From positions 13,144,001 to 13,208,000 of the forward strand of contig NC_086108.1 in the NCBI RefSeq assembly GCF_963921235.1: DNA of 64,000 bases. Reading direction: 5' to 3'. Made by a program: the position numbers and the translations under genes. Source of the stretch: Mobula hypostoma (lineage: Eukaryota). How positions within the stretch are numbered: the stretch's first letter is position 1; the number at the start of each line of letters is the position of its first letter. Below the pieces are notes generated by a model. That model had not been told where the DNA came from. It ran no database searches and saw nothing but the letters and a program-made list of their open reading frames with translations. This document shows, piece after piece, positions 22,990 through 36,365 of this stretch.

Positions 22990-25718
22990 TGTAATCAAGC
23001 TTGCATGCACCACTTGTGCTAGCAGCTTATTCCAAGCTCATGACCTTGAGCGAAGAAGTCTCCCCTCATGTTCCTCTTAAACTTTTCACCTATCACCTTT
23101 AACCCATTACTTCCAGTTGTAGTCCCAACCAAACTCGTTGAGAAAAGACTGCTTGCATTTACCCTTGATACCCCCTCATAATTTTGTATACCTCTATCAA
23201 ATCTCCCATCAATCTTCTATGTTCCAAGGAATGAAGTCCCAACCTATTTGATCTTTCAATATAACTCAGGTCCACCCGACCCGGCAACATCCTTGTAAAT
23301 TTTCTCTGTACTCTTTCAAACTTATTGACTCATTTCCTGTAGGAGATGACCAAACTGCACACAATATTCGAAATTAGGCCTCACCAATGTCTTATATAAC
23401 TTCAATATTATATCTCATCTCCTGCACTCAGTACTTTGATTTATGAAGACCAATGTGCCAAAAGCTTTCTTTACGACCCCATCTACCTGTGATGCAATTT
23501 TCAATCAATTATGGGCCTACATTCCCAGATCCTTTTTTTCTACTGCCCTACCGTACACTGTGTAAGATCTAGCATGATTTCTCCTCCCAAAGTTTAACAC
23601 CACACAACCATAAGATATAGGAGCAGAATTAGACTATTTATTCCATCTAGTCTGATCCACCATTTCATCATGGCTGATCTAATTTTTCTCTCAGCCTCAA
23701 TCACCTGCCTTCTCCCCATATCTATTCATGCCCTGACCAATCAAGAAACTATCAACGGCTGCCTTAAATATATCAAATGACTTGGCCTCCACAGCTTCCT
23801 GTGGCAAATAATTCCAGATTCATGACTCTCTGGCTAAAGAAATTCCTCCTCATCTCCATTCTAAAAGGATGCCCCTCCATTCTGAGGCTCTGTTCTCTGA
23901 TCTTAGTCTCTTCCACCATAGGAAACATCCTCTCCATATCCACTCTATCAAGACCTTTCACCATTCAATAGGTTTCAATGAGGTCACCCCTCATTCTTCT
24001 GAAATCTAGTGAATACAGGCCTAGAGCCATCAAATGCTCTTCACGTGAAAAGCCATTCAATCATGGATCATTTTTGTGAACCTTCTTTTAATCCTCTCCA
24101 GTTTCAGCATATCCTTCCTAAGGGGCCCAAAACTGTTCACAATACTCCAAGAGAGTTTTCACCAGTGCTTTATAAAGTCTCAACATTACATCCTTAATTT
24201 TATATTCTAGTCCTCTTTAAATGAATGCTAACATCGCATTTGCCTTCCTAACCACAGACTCACCCTGCAAATTAACCTTCAGAGAATCCTGCACAAGGAC
24301 TCAAAGATCTCCTTGTGCCTCAGTTTTTTGTATTTTCTCTCCATTTAGAAAATAGTCAACACTTTCATTTCTTCTACCAATGTGCATGACCAAACTACTC
24401 CCAACACTGTATTCCACCTAATAGTTCTTTGCCCATTCTCCTAATCTGTCCATGTCCTCAGTAGCCTACCTCCTCAAAAACTACCTGCCTCTCCACATCT
24501 TCATATTGTTTCAAACTTTGCAACAAAGCCACCAATTTCATCATCCAAATCATTAACACATAACATATATTTTTATTTATTTTTAAATCAGTCTCAACAG
24601 AGACTCCTGTGGAACACCACTAGTCACTGGCAGCCAGCCAGAAAAGGCTCCCTTTATTCCCACCCTTTGCCTCCTGCTAATCAGCCACTGCTTTATCCAT
24701 GCTAGAATCTTTCCTGTAATACAATGGGCTCATAGCTTGTTAAGCAGAGACATGCAGCATGACATCAAAGGCCTTCTGAAACTCCAAATACACAACGTTA
24801 ATCGAATCTCCTTTGTCTATCTTGCTTGTTATTTTGTTCCAAAGTATTCCAGAAAAGTTGTCTGATAATATTTTCCCCTGAGGAAACCATGCAGACTGCG
24901 GCCTATTTTTTTTAATGAGCCTCATAGTACCCTAAGACTTCATCCTAATAATCGACTCTGACATCAGTCTTCTGCCTTTCTCCCTTCTTAAAGAGTGGAG
25001 TGACATTTGCAATATTCCAGTCTTCCAGAAACATTCCAGAATTTAGTGATTTTTGAAAGATCATTACTAATGCCTTCATGATCTCTTCAGCCACCTCATT
25101 CAGAACCTTGGGGTGTACAGCATCTTGTTCAGGTGACTTATCTACCTTCAGACCTTTCAGTTTCCCAAGAACCTTCTCTCTAGTAATGGTAATTTCACAC
25201 ACTTCATGACCACTGACACCTTAAACATCCAACACACTGCTAGTGTCTTCCACAGTGAAGACTAATGCAAACTACTTATTCAGTTCGTCCATGATTTCCT
25301 TGTCCCCTATTACTAGCTCTCCAGCATCATTTTCCAGCAATAAAAATATCCACTGTCACCTCACTTTTATACTTCATGTATCTGAAGAAATTTTTGATAT
25401 CCTCTTTGATATTATTGGCTAGATTACTTTTGTATTCCATTTTTACCTTAATGACTTCTTCAGTTGCTTCTACTGGTTTTTAAAAGCTTCCCAATCCTCT
25501 AACTTTCCACTAACTTTTGCTCTATTCTATGCCCTCTCTTTGACTTTTATGCTGGCTGTGTGCCTTCCCAATTTCTTCTAGAAATTCTAGCCTTGGCTGC
25601 TCTGCCATCATCCCTGCCAGTGTTCTTTTCCAACCAATTTTGACCACCTCTTCTCATGCCTCTGTAATTCCCTTTACCCCACTGTAATACTGATATATTC
25701 TGACTAGCTTCTTCTTCT
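22990..25718 (-). mobile_element. Nested degenerate CR1 LINE fragments
   Basis: Minus-strand ORFs with KLKGLKVDKSP..VHPKVL, ANVTPLFKKG, VVYLEFQKAFD and RRNFFSQRV. Confidence 0.85.
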
Positions 25719-25719
25719 A

Positions 25720-26366
25720 GCTGGCATTTATAGCGAGAGGATTCGAGTACAGGAGCAGGGAGGTACTACTGCAGTTGTACAAGGCCTTGGTGAGACCACA
25801 CCTGGAGTATTGTGTGCAGTTTTGGTCCCCTAATCTGAGGAAAGACATCTTTGCCATAGAGGGAGTACAAAGAAGGTTCACCAGATTGATTCGTGGGATG
25901 GCAGGTCTTTCATATGAAGAAAGACTGGATGAACTGGGCTTGTACTCGTTGGAATTTAGAAGATTGAGGGGGGATCTGATTGAAACGTATAAGATCCTAA
26001 AGGGATTGGACAGGCTAGATGCAGGAAGATTGTTCCCGATGTTGGGGAGGTCTAGAACGAGGGGTCACAGTTTGAGGATAGAGGGGAAGCCTTTTAGGAC
26101 CGAGGTTAGGAAAAACTTCTTCACACAGAGAGTGGTGAATCTGTGGAATTCTCTGCCACAGCAAACTGTTGAGGCCAGTTCATTAGCTATGTTTAAAAGG
26201 AAGTTAGATATGGCCCTTGTGGCTACAGGGGTCAGGGGGTATGGAGGGAAGGCTGGGTTCTGAGTTGGATGATCAGCCATGATCATAATAAATGGCGGTG
26301 CAGGCTCGAAGGGCCGAATGGCCTACTCCTGCACCTATTTTCTATGTTTCTATGTTTCTATGTTTC
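25720..26366 (+). mobile_element. Young 5'-truncated CR1 LINE with (CTATGTTT)n octamer tail
   Basis: Uninterrupted 162-aa C-terminal ORF (YKALVRPHLEYCVQFWSP...) followed by a 3' UTR and three octamer repeats. Inserted into an older minus-strand CR1. Confidence 0.9.
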
Positions 26367-26369
26367 TCA

Positions 26370-29300
26370 AATTTCAGGGTGAATTTGATCATATTATGAT
26401 TTCTTGTCCCAAAGGGTATTTTTTTAAGCTAAACTCTCTAATCAATTCTGGTTCATTGCTCAACACCCAATCCAGAATAGCTGATACCCTAGTGGGCTCA
26501 ACTAGGAGCTGCTCTAAAAAGCCATCTTGTAGGCACTCTAGAAATTCCCCTCCTTGGAATCCAGCATCAACCTGATTTTCCCAATCTACCTGCATGTTGA
26601 AATCCCCCATGACTATTGTTACATTGCCCTTTTGGCATATATTTTCTATCTCTCATTGTAATTTGATGACCACATCCTTACTACTGTTTGGGGATCTATT
26701 GGAACATTCGAGTTTTTCTAACAAGAATAGGCTATTCAGCTCAACAAAGTTTGTGAAATTCCTACTCATATAGTGTGCTGAAATAACTCTTCAGTTTCAG
26801 TCTGAAAGTCTCTAAGGTACTACTCTCAAATACACAACTGGGTAGTTTGTTCCACGTGTCCACAACTCACTGTGTAAAGAAATGCTTCCTGATGTTAGTC
26901 TGAAATCTCCCTTTAACCAGTCTTCACCTGTGTCCTCATTGATGGATTGATTTTGAAGTAGCAGCTGGCATCCACATTACTTATACCCTTAAGGATTCTG
27001 TCATGTCTCCTCTCATTCTACATCTGCTTAAGGTAAAAAGATTTAATTCTTTCATCCTTTCTTCATAGCTTATACCCTGCAGACCTGGAATAAGTCTAGT
27101 CACCCTTCTCTGAACTCCCTCCAGTGTCTTCACATCTCTCACAAAATAAGGAGACCAAGACTGTACACAGCACTCAAGGTGTGGCCTCACAAGCTCATGT
27201 TACAGATTAAGGAGAACGCCTCTTGACTTGAACTCCACTGAGCGCATTACATAGCCCAACATTCTATTAACCTTCCTAATCACTTCTGTGCATTGCCTAG
27301 TTGTTGATAGTGATGGGTCTACTATGATGCCCAAATCCTTCTCATACAGTGCACTTTCTAACTTAAGGTCCCCCCCCCCATTGTATACTTATATCTAATA
27401 TTTCTACTTCCTATATATAATACTTTTACTGACATTAAATTTCATCTGCCATTTATCTGCTCACATCTGGATTTTGTTTAGATATAACTGTATAGATTCT
27501 GCTGCCTGACTGTTCTCAGTTCGTCCCCTAATATTGTGACATCGGCAAACTTTACTAGTTTATTTGTTATGTGCTTATCCAAATCATTAATGTAAATTAA
27601 AAACAGCAGTGGCCCCTGATCCCTGTGGAACCCCACTTTTAACATCTTCTAGGTGTGAAAATGATCCTCTTACCATAACTTGATGTTTTCCGTTTTTGAG
27701 CCAATTCTGCACCCATTCGCACACCTTACCCTGAATCCCTACCTGCTGTAATTTGATTATTACCTTCTTGTGGGGTACCTAGACAAAAACCTTCTGAAAG
27801 TATTTGTTCTGAATACAATTCCCTACACCCTTGGAGCTCCTTAGGTTTATCTGTAATGATTATACACCGTCAGATCCTATGTCACCTCTTTCAAATTATT
27901 TGATTCCATTTTTTTAAACTAACAGAGCAACGCCATTCGCTCTGCCTTCCTGCCTGTCCTTTCCTTATAATGTATATCCGTGGATATTAAGTTCTCAGCA
28001 ATTATCTTCTTTCAGCCATGATTCAGTAATGCCTACAACACCATACCTGCCAATCTGCAACTGCGCTTATTCCAATACTGCACGCCTTCAGTCCTGTATT
28101 GACCCTTTTCGATTTTGTCTGATTTTTACGTTACGACTCATCCTGTTGACTGCAATGTTGCCCTTTCAACATCCTCTCCTCACTGCACATTGTCTTTGTT
28201 TGTAAGCCAGTACCTCATCTTCAGCACTATCATCCGCCTTTTCTACAACACTTCTTGCATTGAAATATACGCAGCTCAGGGCACTAGTCACACCATGCTC
28301 AACCTGATGATTCCTAACTTTATCTGAGGTCTAACCAACATCTGCCTCCACAACCTCCCCACTACCTGTTCTGGCACTCTGGTTCCCATCCCCCTGCAAT
28401 TCCAGTTTAAACCCCACCGTGCAGTATTAATAAATCTTCCCACTAGAATATTAGTCCCCTTCTAGTTCAGGTTCAAGCCATCCCTTCCGTACAGGTTCTC
28501 TCTTCCCTGGAAGAGAGGTCAATGATTCAAAAATTTTATGCCCTCCTTCCTACCCCAACTTCTTAGCCAGGTATTAAACTGTATAATCTTTCTATTTCCA
28601 GCTTCACCAGCACATGGCATGGGTAACTAAGGAGACTTAGGAGCTGGTGGTAGACCTGAGGAGAGCTAAGGTACCGGTGACCCCTGTTTCCATCCAGGGG
28701 GTCAGTGTGGACATGGTGGAGGATTACAAATACCTGGGGTTACGAATTGACAATAAACTGGACTGGTCAAAGAACACTGAGGCTGTCTACAAGAAGGGTC
28801 AGAGCTGTCTCCATTTCCTGAGGAGACTGAGGTCCTTTAACATCTGCCGGACGATGCTGAGGATGTTCTACGAGTCTGTGGTGGCCAGTGCTATCATGTT
28901 TGCTGTTGTGTGCTGGGGTAGCAGGCTGAGGGTAGCAGACACCAACAGAATCAACAAACTCATTCGTAAGGCCAGGGATGTTGTGGGGATGGAACTGGAC
29001 TCTCTCACGGTGGTGTCTGAAAAGAGGATGCTGTCCAAGTTGCATGCCATCTTGGACAATGTCTCCCATCCACTACATAATGTATTGGTTGGGCACAGGA
29101 GTACACTCAGCCAGAGACTCACCGAGAAGCAACACAGAGCGTCATAGGAAGTCATTCCTGCCTGTGGCCATCAAACTTTACAACTCCTCCCTTGGAGGGT
29201 CAGACACCCTGAGCCAATAGGCTGGTCCTAGACTTATTTCCTGGCATAATTTACATATTACTATTTAACTATTTATGGTTTTATTACTATTATTTATGGT

Positions 29301-29870
29301 GCAACTGTAACAAAAACCAATTTCCCCCGGGATCAATAAAGTATGACTATGACTACGACTAACAATCCTGAAATCACAAACCTGGCAGTCCTGCTCTTTA
29401 ACTTGGCATCTAACTCCCTATACAGAACCTCACCACTTGTCTTACCCATGTTGTTGGTACCTACATGGACCATGACCTCTGGCTGATCACTCTCCCACAT
29501 AAGAATGCTGAGGAGTCAATCCAAGGTATCCCGGATCCTGGCACCTGGGAATCTCGTCCTCATCCACAGAACCTCCTGTCCATTCCCCTACCTATTGAAT
29601 CCCTTATCACCACAGGGTGCCTCTTCCTCCCCCTTCCCTTCAGAGTCACAAAACCAGACTCAGTGCCAGTGACCGGACCACTGTGACTTTCCTCTCTTAG
29701 GTCGACTCCCTCCCCAACAATATCCTAAGTGATATTGTTGAGAGGGATAGCCACAGGAGTTCTCTGCACTGGCTCCTTAACCCTGTTTCCCCTCCTGACT
29801 GTCACCCAGTTTCTTGTGTCCTGCACTTTGGGTGTAACTACCTCTCTGTGTGTCCTATCTATCATCCAAG
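26370..29870 (-). mobile_element. Older CR1 fragments (endonuclease, RT and ORF1 regions), interrupted by a Rex1 insertion
   Basis: MGDFNMQVDW...FLECLQDGFLEQ; RPHLECCVQSWSP; NWVTVRRG...RTPVAIPLNN. Confidence 0.75.
28628..29360 (+). mobile_element. Rex1/Babar LINE 3' fragment with (GACTAT)n tail
   Basis: YKYLGLRIDNKLDWSKNT...LRRLRSFNI...FYESVVASAI; ends ggatcaataaagtatgactatgactacgact. Confidence 0.88.
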
Positions 29871-30284
29871 AGAACATCTCGCACTTAATTGCATCTGCCA
29901 TTTTTCTCACAATTTTCCAGCTGGTCTGGATCCCATTCTTAAGTTCTTAAAGTCCTCCTCACTGTCCACTACACCTCAATCTTGGTGTCATTTGCAAATT
30001 TGCTGATCCAGTTGACTGCATTATCATCCAGATAGTTGATATAGATGAAGAACAGTAATTAAGTTGAATAAAGTGATAAGATTAGTTAGACACAACCAAC
30101 CATGCATGAAGCAACGCTGTCTATCCCAAATCAGTCCATATCTATCCAATTATTCGTATATCCAGTCCCTTAGACTACGTTCCAAAAACTTCCTCACTAC
30201 TGATGACAAATGAACCAAACAAATTTAAGGGCAGGATGGAAGTTGAAGGCAAAGTTGATTAAAGACAATAAACAGTTCTTTTAA

Positions 30285-30410
30285 GCAACACACATCAAAG
30301 TTGCTGGTGAACGCAGCAGGCCAGGCAGCATCTCTCGGAAGAGGTACAGTCCACGTTTCAGGCCGAGACCCTTTGTCAGGACTAACTGAAGAAAGAGCTA
30401 GTAAGAGATT
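30285..30410 (-). mobile_element. Short Penelope pseudo-LTR fragment with a mutated hammerhead
   Basis: Minus strand AGTC-CTGACAA-AGGGTCTCGGCCT-GAAACGTG-GACTG at 30347-30384. Nearly identical to the 54856-54995 element. Confidence 0.75.
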
Positions 30411-32549
30411 TTATGCCATCCCCAACTGAACCTGCAGCTTGAGGCCCAGTCCTCGCTGCTGCCTCATTGCCTGTCCCACTACCAAGGGAAGGAGGCCTGC
30501 GGCTGCCAATGTCCAACAAGAGAAATGTCCAGGACAGTCGCTCATGGTTTCACCACAGAGCACTTTTGCGCCAACATGAAGTAACCAACCCCAGTGCCTC
30601 TGAGTATCAGACAGCAGGTCTGCACTCAGCTCAGCTCCTCTGAACCCAGTCCGGTTGCTCCTGTGGCCCCTTGTTCCAACTTGAATCCCTCAGCCCGCTG
30701 GCGTGACTCACCTGCCATGGCCCGACAGCCCGATACAACTCTCCTGGTCTGACAGGCTGACTCGCCTTCTCTGAACCACTGGCTGGTTCGTACGACACCC
30801 AGCCGGCTACTCTGAACACTAAGCAGCTCACTGATGCAATACACACTGCGCATGAAGTTATTGGAGTCAAGAACAGTCTTACTTTGTATATAAAATAGAT
30901 TTTACAAAGTAAAAAGCACTTCTGTTTGCACCCCGAGAGGCTGCTGCTTGTATATGTGCCATCTTACCAGAATAACAATTGCATATTATCCTGAAGAGAT
31001 TTTGAATAACAACAGGATAGTTTACATATAACCAGACACAAATGATAAAGTGGGGCTTGCAGTTTTCAACAGGGAAGGCAGAATTGATCACAGCTACGAA
31101 TGTTTCACAACTAAACACTATCCACAACTTCCACTTGCCCATTCTCACACGACCACTAAAATTGAGTCCTTCACCACCCTTAAGACTCATCATCTTACCT
31201 TTGAGGGTTTGCAAGGCTTACTCATCTCCTCTGTGATGAAGAGGGAGGCGGAGTAGTGTTCACAGGGTGCTAACTACTTCCCCCGGCTGGGCAGAGTGAT
31301 CACAAAGCCCTGCCACCACGAGAGTGAATGCCATGAGAAATCTACAAACAGTACTTCATTGTGCCTACCATATCTCCCTTGAACACAGCTGCTGGCTCCA
31401 CTACTATCAGTATTCTAATATGTTGAATTCACAGATGGCTGGCGGAAGTCAGATTTTAACTTAATTCATACTCACATGTGCAAAGACCAAACGAACCTCC
31501 ACAGTGCACTTCCTATTAAAACACGAGAACATTTCTGGTCAGTAATTCAGAAGGTGTGTAGCTAGGGTGGTTGATGGTTGAGTTGAGTTACTGATCTCGT
31601 CAATTTATGTCACCATGCATCATCAGTTTGTGGACAATCAGCAGTGCATTGATGATGTCTCCTCGCATGGTAACAAAATGTTTGCAAGTAAATTGCCAAA
31701 ATTGGAGAACAACTCAACATACCCAGTTTTAGTCCAACCTGTGTCTGGTCATTATCTCTGAGTTTCAGCCTGAGCTGCTCTCCTTGCCATAGTTGATCCT
31801 AGGGTCACTCTGCGATTCTGGATTAATGTGCTTTTCCAGGGTTTGGTAAGGATTTATATCCCATTTCCAAGCCAACCTCCCTCTTATTCCTTCTGTTCTC
31901 CAGTCCAGGGTCCATCTTCATCCATCGCAGGTGGATTATTGATAGCCACAGTATCACCCTGATTTTTTTTTCAATTTAACAATTGCACCTTAAATGATTA
32001 CGACTGTGCCAATCAGCAAAAAGAGGAAAATGGAATTGATTGTTGTTGATAGTTCATATGGGGACTGTACTCATCACAGGGATTTGATAACTAAGGCTTA
32101 TCACTCAGGTATTTTTTTTCCATAGAATCCTATGCCTCCAGTTAACTTGAATTATCATGGTCAGTACCATCTGTACTGATTACCATTGGAAGTGTGTAAG
32201 GGATTGTCTCTTTTTGCCTTATAACAGGTGTGCACTGTCTTATATCAATTTATTAGGCCACCAAGACTTTGGTTCAAGGATGCTACTTATGGGTAAGATA
32301 TTACCAAATTAGTGTGATGCCCCTTACCTCATGTTGATCTGATTCCAACTTGAAGAACACACTTCACAGTGTCTTAATTGACATTTATGGTTTTACAAAA
32401 AAAATTGCTGATTCGGAATCCACTGCCAACTAATCCTAGAGATTTATTTCATCAAGCAAATCATTATCAATCACCTTGTTGATTCTACAAGAACTTCACA
32501 AACCATTAATGATCCCTGTATGTAACAACCTCTATTTGAATTACTCCCA

Positions 32550-33680
32550 AACATTGTGGTGCCGCTAACATTGCGGCCTCTCTCCCAGCTGAGCTCAATC
32601 ACTCTTATGCTCGGTTCAATGTCGCTAACTCTGAGCCTCCGAGGAAAGCCACCGCTACAACCTGCAACCTGGTCATCTCTGAGGCTGAAGCACGCAGGTG
32701 TTTCCAACGAGTGGACAGTCGCAAGGCTGCGGGACCGGACGAGTACTCAGGATGTGCACAGCACAACTGGCAGGTGTGTTTACTGACAGTTTTTAATCTC
32801 TCCCTCTTCCAGTGTAGAGTGCCCTCCTGCTTCAAGTTATCCACCATTGTCCCTGTACCAAAAAAGACCAAGGCAACATGCCTGAACGACTGGCATCCTG
32901 TCACACTCATCTCAAAAATAAGCAAATGCATTGAGAGGCTGGTCAAGGATTACATCTGCAGCTTGCTACCACGTAAACTGGATGTTCTACAATTTGCCTA
33001 CCAATACAACCGATCGACAGACGACACAATAGCCACTGCTCTATATACTGTCCTTACACATTTGCAGAAGAAGGATGCTTAAGTGAGAATTCTGTTCTTG
33101 GACTACAGTGCAGCATTCAACACAATAGTTCCATCCAGACTCTACAAGAACCTCGGCCTTGACCTTGCCTTGTACAGCTGGATCCTGGACTTCCTGCCAG
33201 ATCGCCAGCAGGTGGTAAGAGTGCGCTCCCTCCACCCCTCTGACTCTCAGAACAGGAGCCCCTCAGAGCTGTGTACTGAGTCCCCTCCTTTACTCCCTAT
33301 ATACCCATGACTGTGTCGCCACCCATAGCTCTAATCTGCTAATTAAATTTGCCGAAGACACTACATTGGCCTTATCTCAAACAATAACGAGGAGACCTAC
33401 AGGGAAGACATCATCTCTCTGACGCAATGGTGTCAAGAAAACAACTTCTCCCTCAATGTCGTAAAAACAAAGGAGCTAGTTGTGGATTACAGGAGGAATG
33501 GAGGCGGGCTAACCTCTATCGACATCAGTGGACCTGGGGTTGAGAGGGTAAACAGCTTTAAGTTCCTCGGCATCCACATCTCTGAGGACCTCACGTGGTC
33601 TGTACACACCAGCTGTGTGGTGAAAAAGGCACAATAGCACCTCCTTCACCTCAGATGGTTGAGGAAGCTCGGTATGGGCA
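32550..33680 (+). mobile_element. Rex1/Babar LINE RT fragment (degenerate)
   Basis: RKAAGPD...VFNLSLFQCRVPSCFKLSTIVPVPKK...LQFAY...RSTDD; RILFLDYSAAFNTIVP. Confidence 0.88.
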
Positions 33681-34399
33681 GTCTGTAATATAGCCCCAGT
33701 AACATGGTCATACCTTTCTTATTTCTCAGTTCCACCCATAATGCATCACTAGTCGAGTTCTCCAGTCTGTCCAGACAGAACACTGCTGTGACATTTTCCC
33801 TGACTAGTAACACCACCTTGAATCCCTCCTGTTCTGTCGCATCTGAAACAATGGAAACTCAGAATACTGAGCTGCCAGTTCTGCCCCTCCAGCAGCCAAG
33901 TCTCACTAATGGCCACAATATCATAATTCCAGGTGCTGACTCATGCCCTGAGCTCATCCGCTTTTCCTACGATACTTCTTGCATTGAATTTCTTGCATTT
34001 CTATCGTTGGAAAAAATACTCCCTGTCTACTCTATCTATGCCTCTCGTAATCTGATAACCTATCAGCTCTTCCCCCAGCTTCTGCTGCTCTAGAAAGAAC
34101 AACCCAAGCTTATACTGCCTTCTAACCAGGCAGCATCCTGGTAAACCTCTTCTTCACCCTTTGAAAAGCCTCAACATCCTTCCTATAGTGGGGCGACCAG
34201 AGTAGAAGAGTAGGAAATAATGACTGAAGATCCTGAAGGTTCTCAATTAGGGTGAAGGTGGAAGGGATGTTTCGCCTTAAATCTAGAATGAAGATATGCT
34301 ACATTTAAAAAGTAACACAAAACAAATGAGGCGTTTTTTTCTGCCAACTACTTTTTTTTCCCCCTATCCATACCATATGCCAATATTGTTGGCAGAATT

Positions 34400-34990
34400 T
34401 CAGATGGTGATGAGACGGCAAGAAGGCATGCAGGAGCGAGGTGTATCAGTGGTATTCAGCAATGAGTTGCAACACACATCAGGCCTCAGGGGGGTCAGAA
34501 GTGGAAAGAGCAATCAATTTGAAGTTCCTGGGTATCAAATCTCTGCGGACCTATCCTGGACCAAATATATTGATGCAGCTACAAAGAAAGCACAGCTTTA
34601 TTTCATGAGGAGTTTTAGGAGATTTGGTATGACACCGTATACACTGACAAATTTCTACAGGTGTACCGTGCAGAGCATTCAAAGTGGCTACATCACAGTC
34701 TTGTATGGGCGTGGTGGGGTGGGGGGGGGCACTTCACAAGATCAAAAGAAGCTACAGAGAGTTGTAAACTTAGTCTGTTCCATCATGGGCACTAGCCTCC
34801 GCAGCATCCAGGACATCTTCCAGGAGCAATGCCTCAAAAAGGCAGCATCCATCAAGGACCCCCATCACTCAGGACATACCCTGCTCACAATTCACAGTTT
34901 CTCTCATGATGTATTGCATTGCACTGCTGCTGCAAAAACAGCACATTTCATGACATATGCTGGCATATTAAACCAAATTTTGATTCAGTA
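34400..34990 (+). mobile_element. Rex1/Babar-like 3' fragment
   Basis: ISADLSWTKYIDAATKKAQ...RRFGM...LTNFYRCTVQSI...KKLQRVV...IKDPHHSGH. Confidence 0.75.
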
Positions 34991-35439
34991 CTAACAAGCC
35001 GAGTCCACGGGACTTTACACAAGAGAGGAGGGGAGGGAGAGTGCATATACATTCGAAGTTAGCAAGATAAAATGTGATCCAGTGTAACAGAGATCGCCAT
35101 CACCAGATGTGCATCAACATTTGTAACAGAAGAAGTAAACCGAAGAACATCAGCACTAGGAACCACATCACAGAAATGAAGCAATGCATGGGTTGCACCT
35201 TTGGGTTGGACCTCGATTCTTATCTTTTAATCCTTGAGGAACCAACATGTAAATGGAAATGTAACATTAAAAGCAGGTGGAGTTTACTCCAGAAATTGTA
35301 ACACAGAAATGAAGCAACTCATGTTGCACTCTGGACCTGGATTCATGTGAACTTTAACCAAAAGCAGATGGAGTTCTCAGCCATATAAATTACTGGCAAC
35401 ACAGACTCTCACAAAGTCACTGCAAGCAGGTCCAGAACC

Positions 35440-36185
35440 AGCTGGAGTTTTCCATGGATCCTCAGATCACTGATGTAGGGGCCAATTCATCCGGCCTCTC
35501 CCAAACCCACACATCCCCGATCTGGGGGCCGGTTCAGTTGGACTTCCCCAGACCCACAAATCCCTGATGTGGAGGCCAGTTCATCCGGACTCTCCCAGAC
35601 CCGCAGAGCCCTGATCTGGGGGCCAGTTCGGTTGGACTTCCCCAGACCCACACATCCCCGATCTGGGGGCCAGTTCAGTTGGACTTCCTTTGATCCACAG
35701 ATCACTGACGTGGGGGCCAGTTTATCCGCACTCTCCCAGACCCACAGATTCCTGATGTGGGGGCGAGTTCAGTTGGACTTCCCCAGATCCACAGATCCCT
35801 GATGTGGGGGCCAGTTTAACCAGACTCTCCCAGACCCATAGAGCCCTGATGTGGGGGCCTGTTCAGCTGGACTTCCCCAGACCCATAGATCTCCGATGTG
35901 AGGACACGTTCAACTAGAATTTTCTATGTACCCGCAGTTCCCTGACATGGGAGCGAATTCAACCAGAATTTTCTATGGACATACAGCTCTCTGATGTGGG
36001 GCCAGTTCAGCAGTTATTTTCTGTGGATCTGCAGCTCCCTGATGTGGGAGCCAGTTCAACCAGAATTTTCCGTGGATCTGCAGCTCCCTGATGCAGGAGC
36101 CAGTTCAACTGGAATTTTCCGTGGATCTGCAGCACCCTCACGTGGCAGCCAGTTCAACTGGAATTTTATGCGGACCTGCAGCTCA
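35440..36185. repeat. 47-49 bp minisatellite (~15-16 units) downstream of the SHKBP1 stop
   Basis: Unit gatgtgggggccagttcagttggacttccccagacccacagatccct. A period of 47 was checked at 35472, 35519 and 35566. Confidence 0.9.
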
Positions 36186-36365
36186 TTTCATCTCCAATTT
36201 GAAAGAGAAACACTTGGAGATCAGTAACAACTCATCCAAAGGTCAGGGGTCAGTACCTGCTTCAAATCACCCAACCCAAAAATCTTTCCACACCCTTCCT
36301 TGGAACTCCCAGCTGGAAAAGTCTGGCGGTCTGGATTCACATGAAATGTTGCGAGGCAGTCAGCG

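Noticed and set aside
35440..36185. CRISPR-like array
   Set aside because: Units are contiguous with no unique spacers, there are no cas genes and the context is vertebrate. It is a minisatellite.
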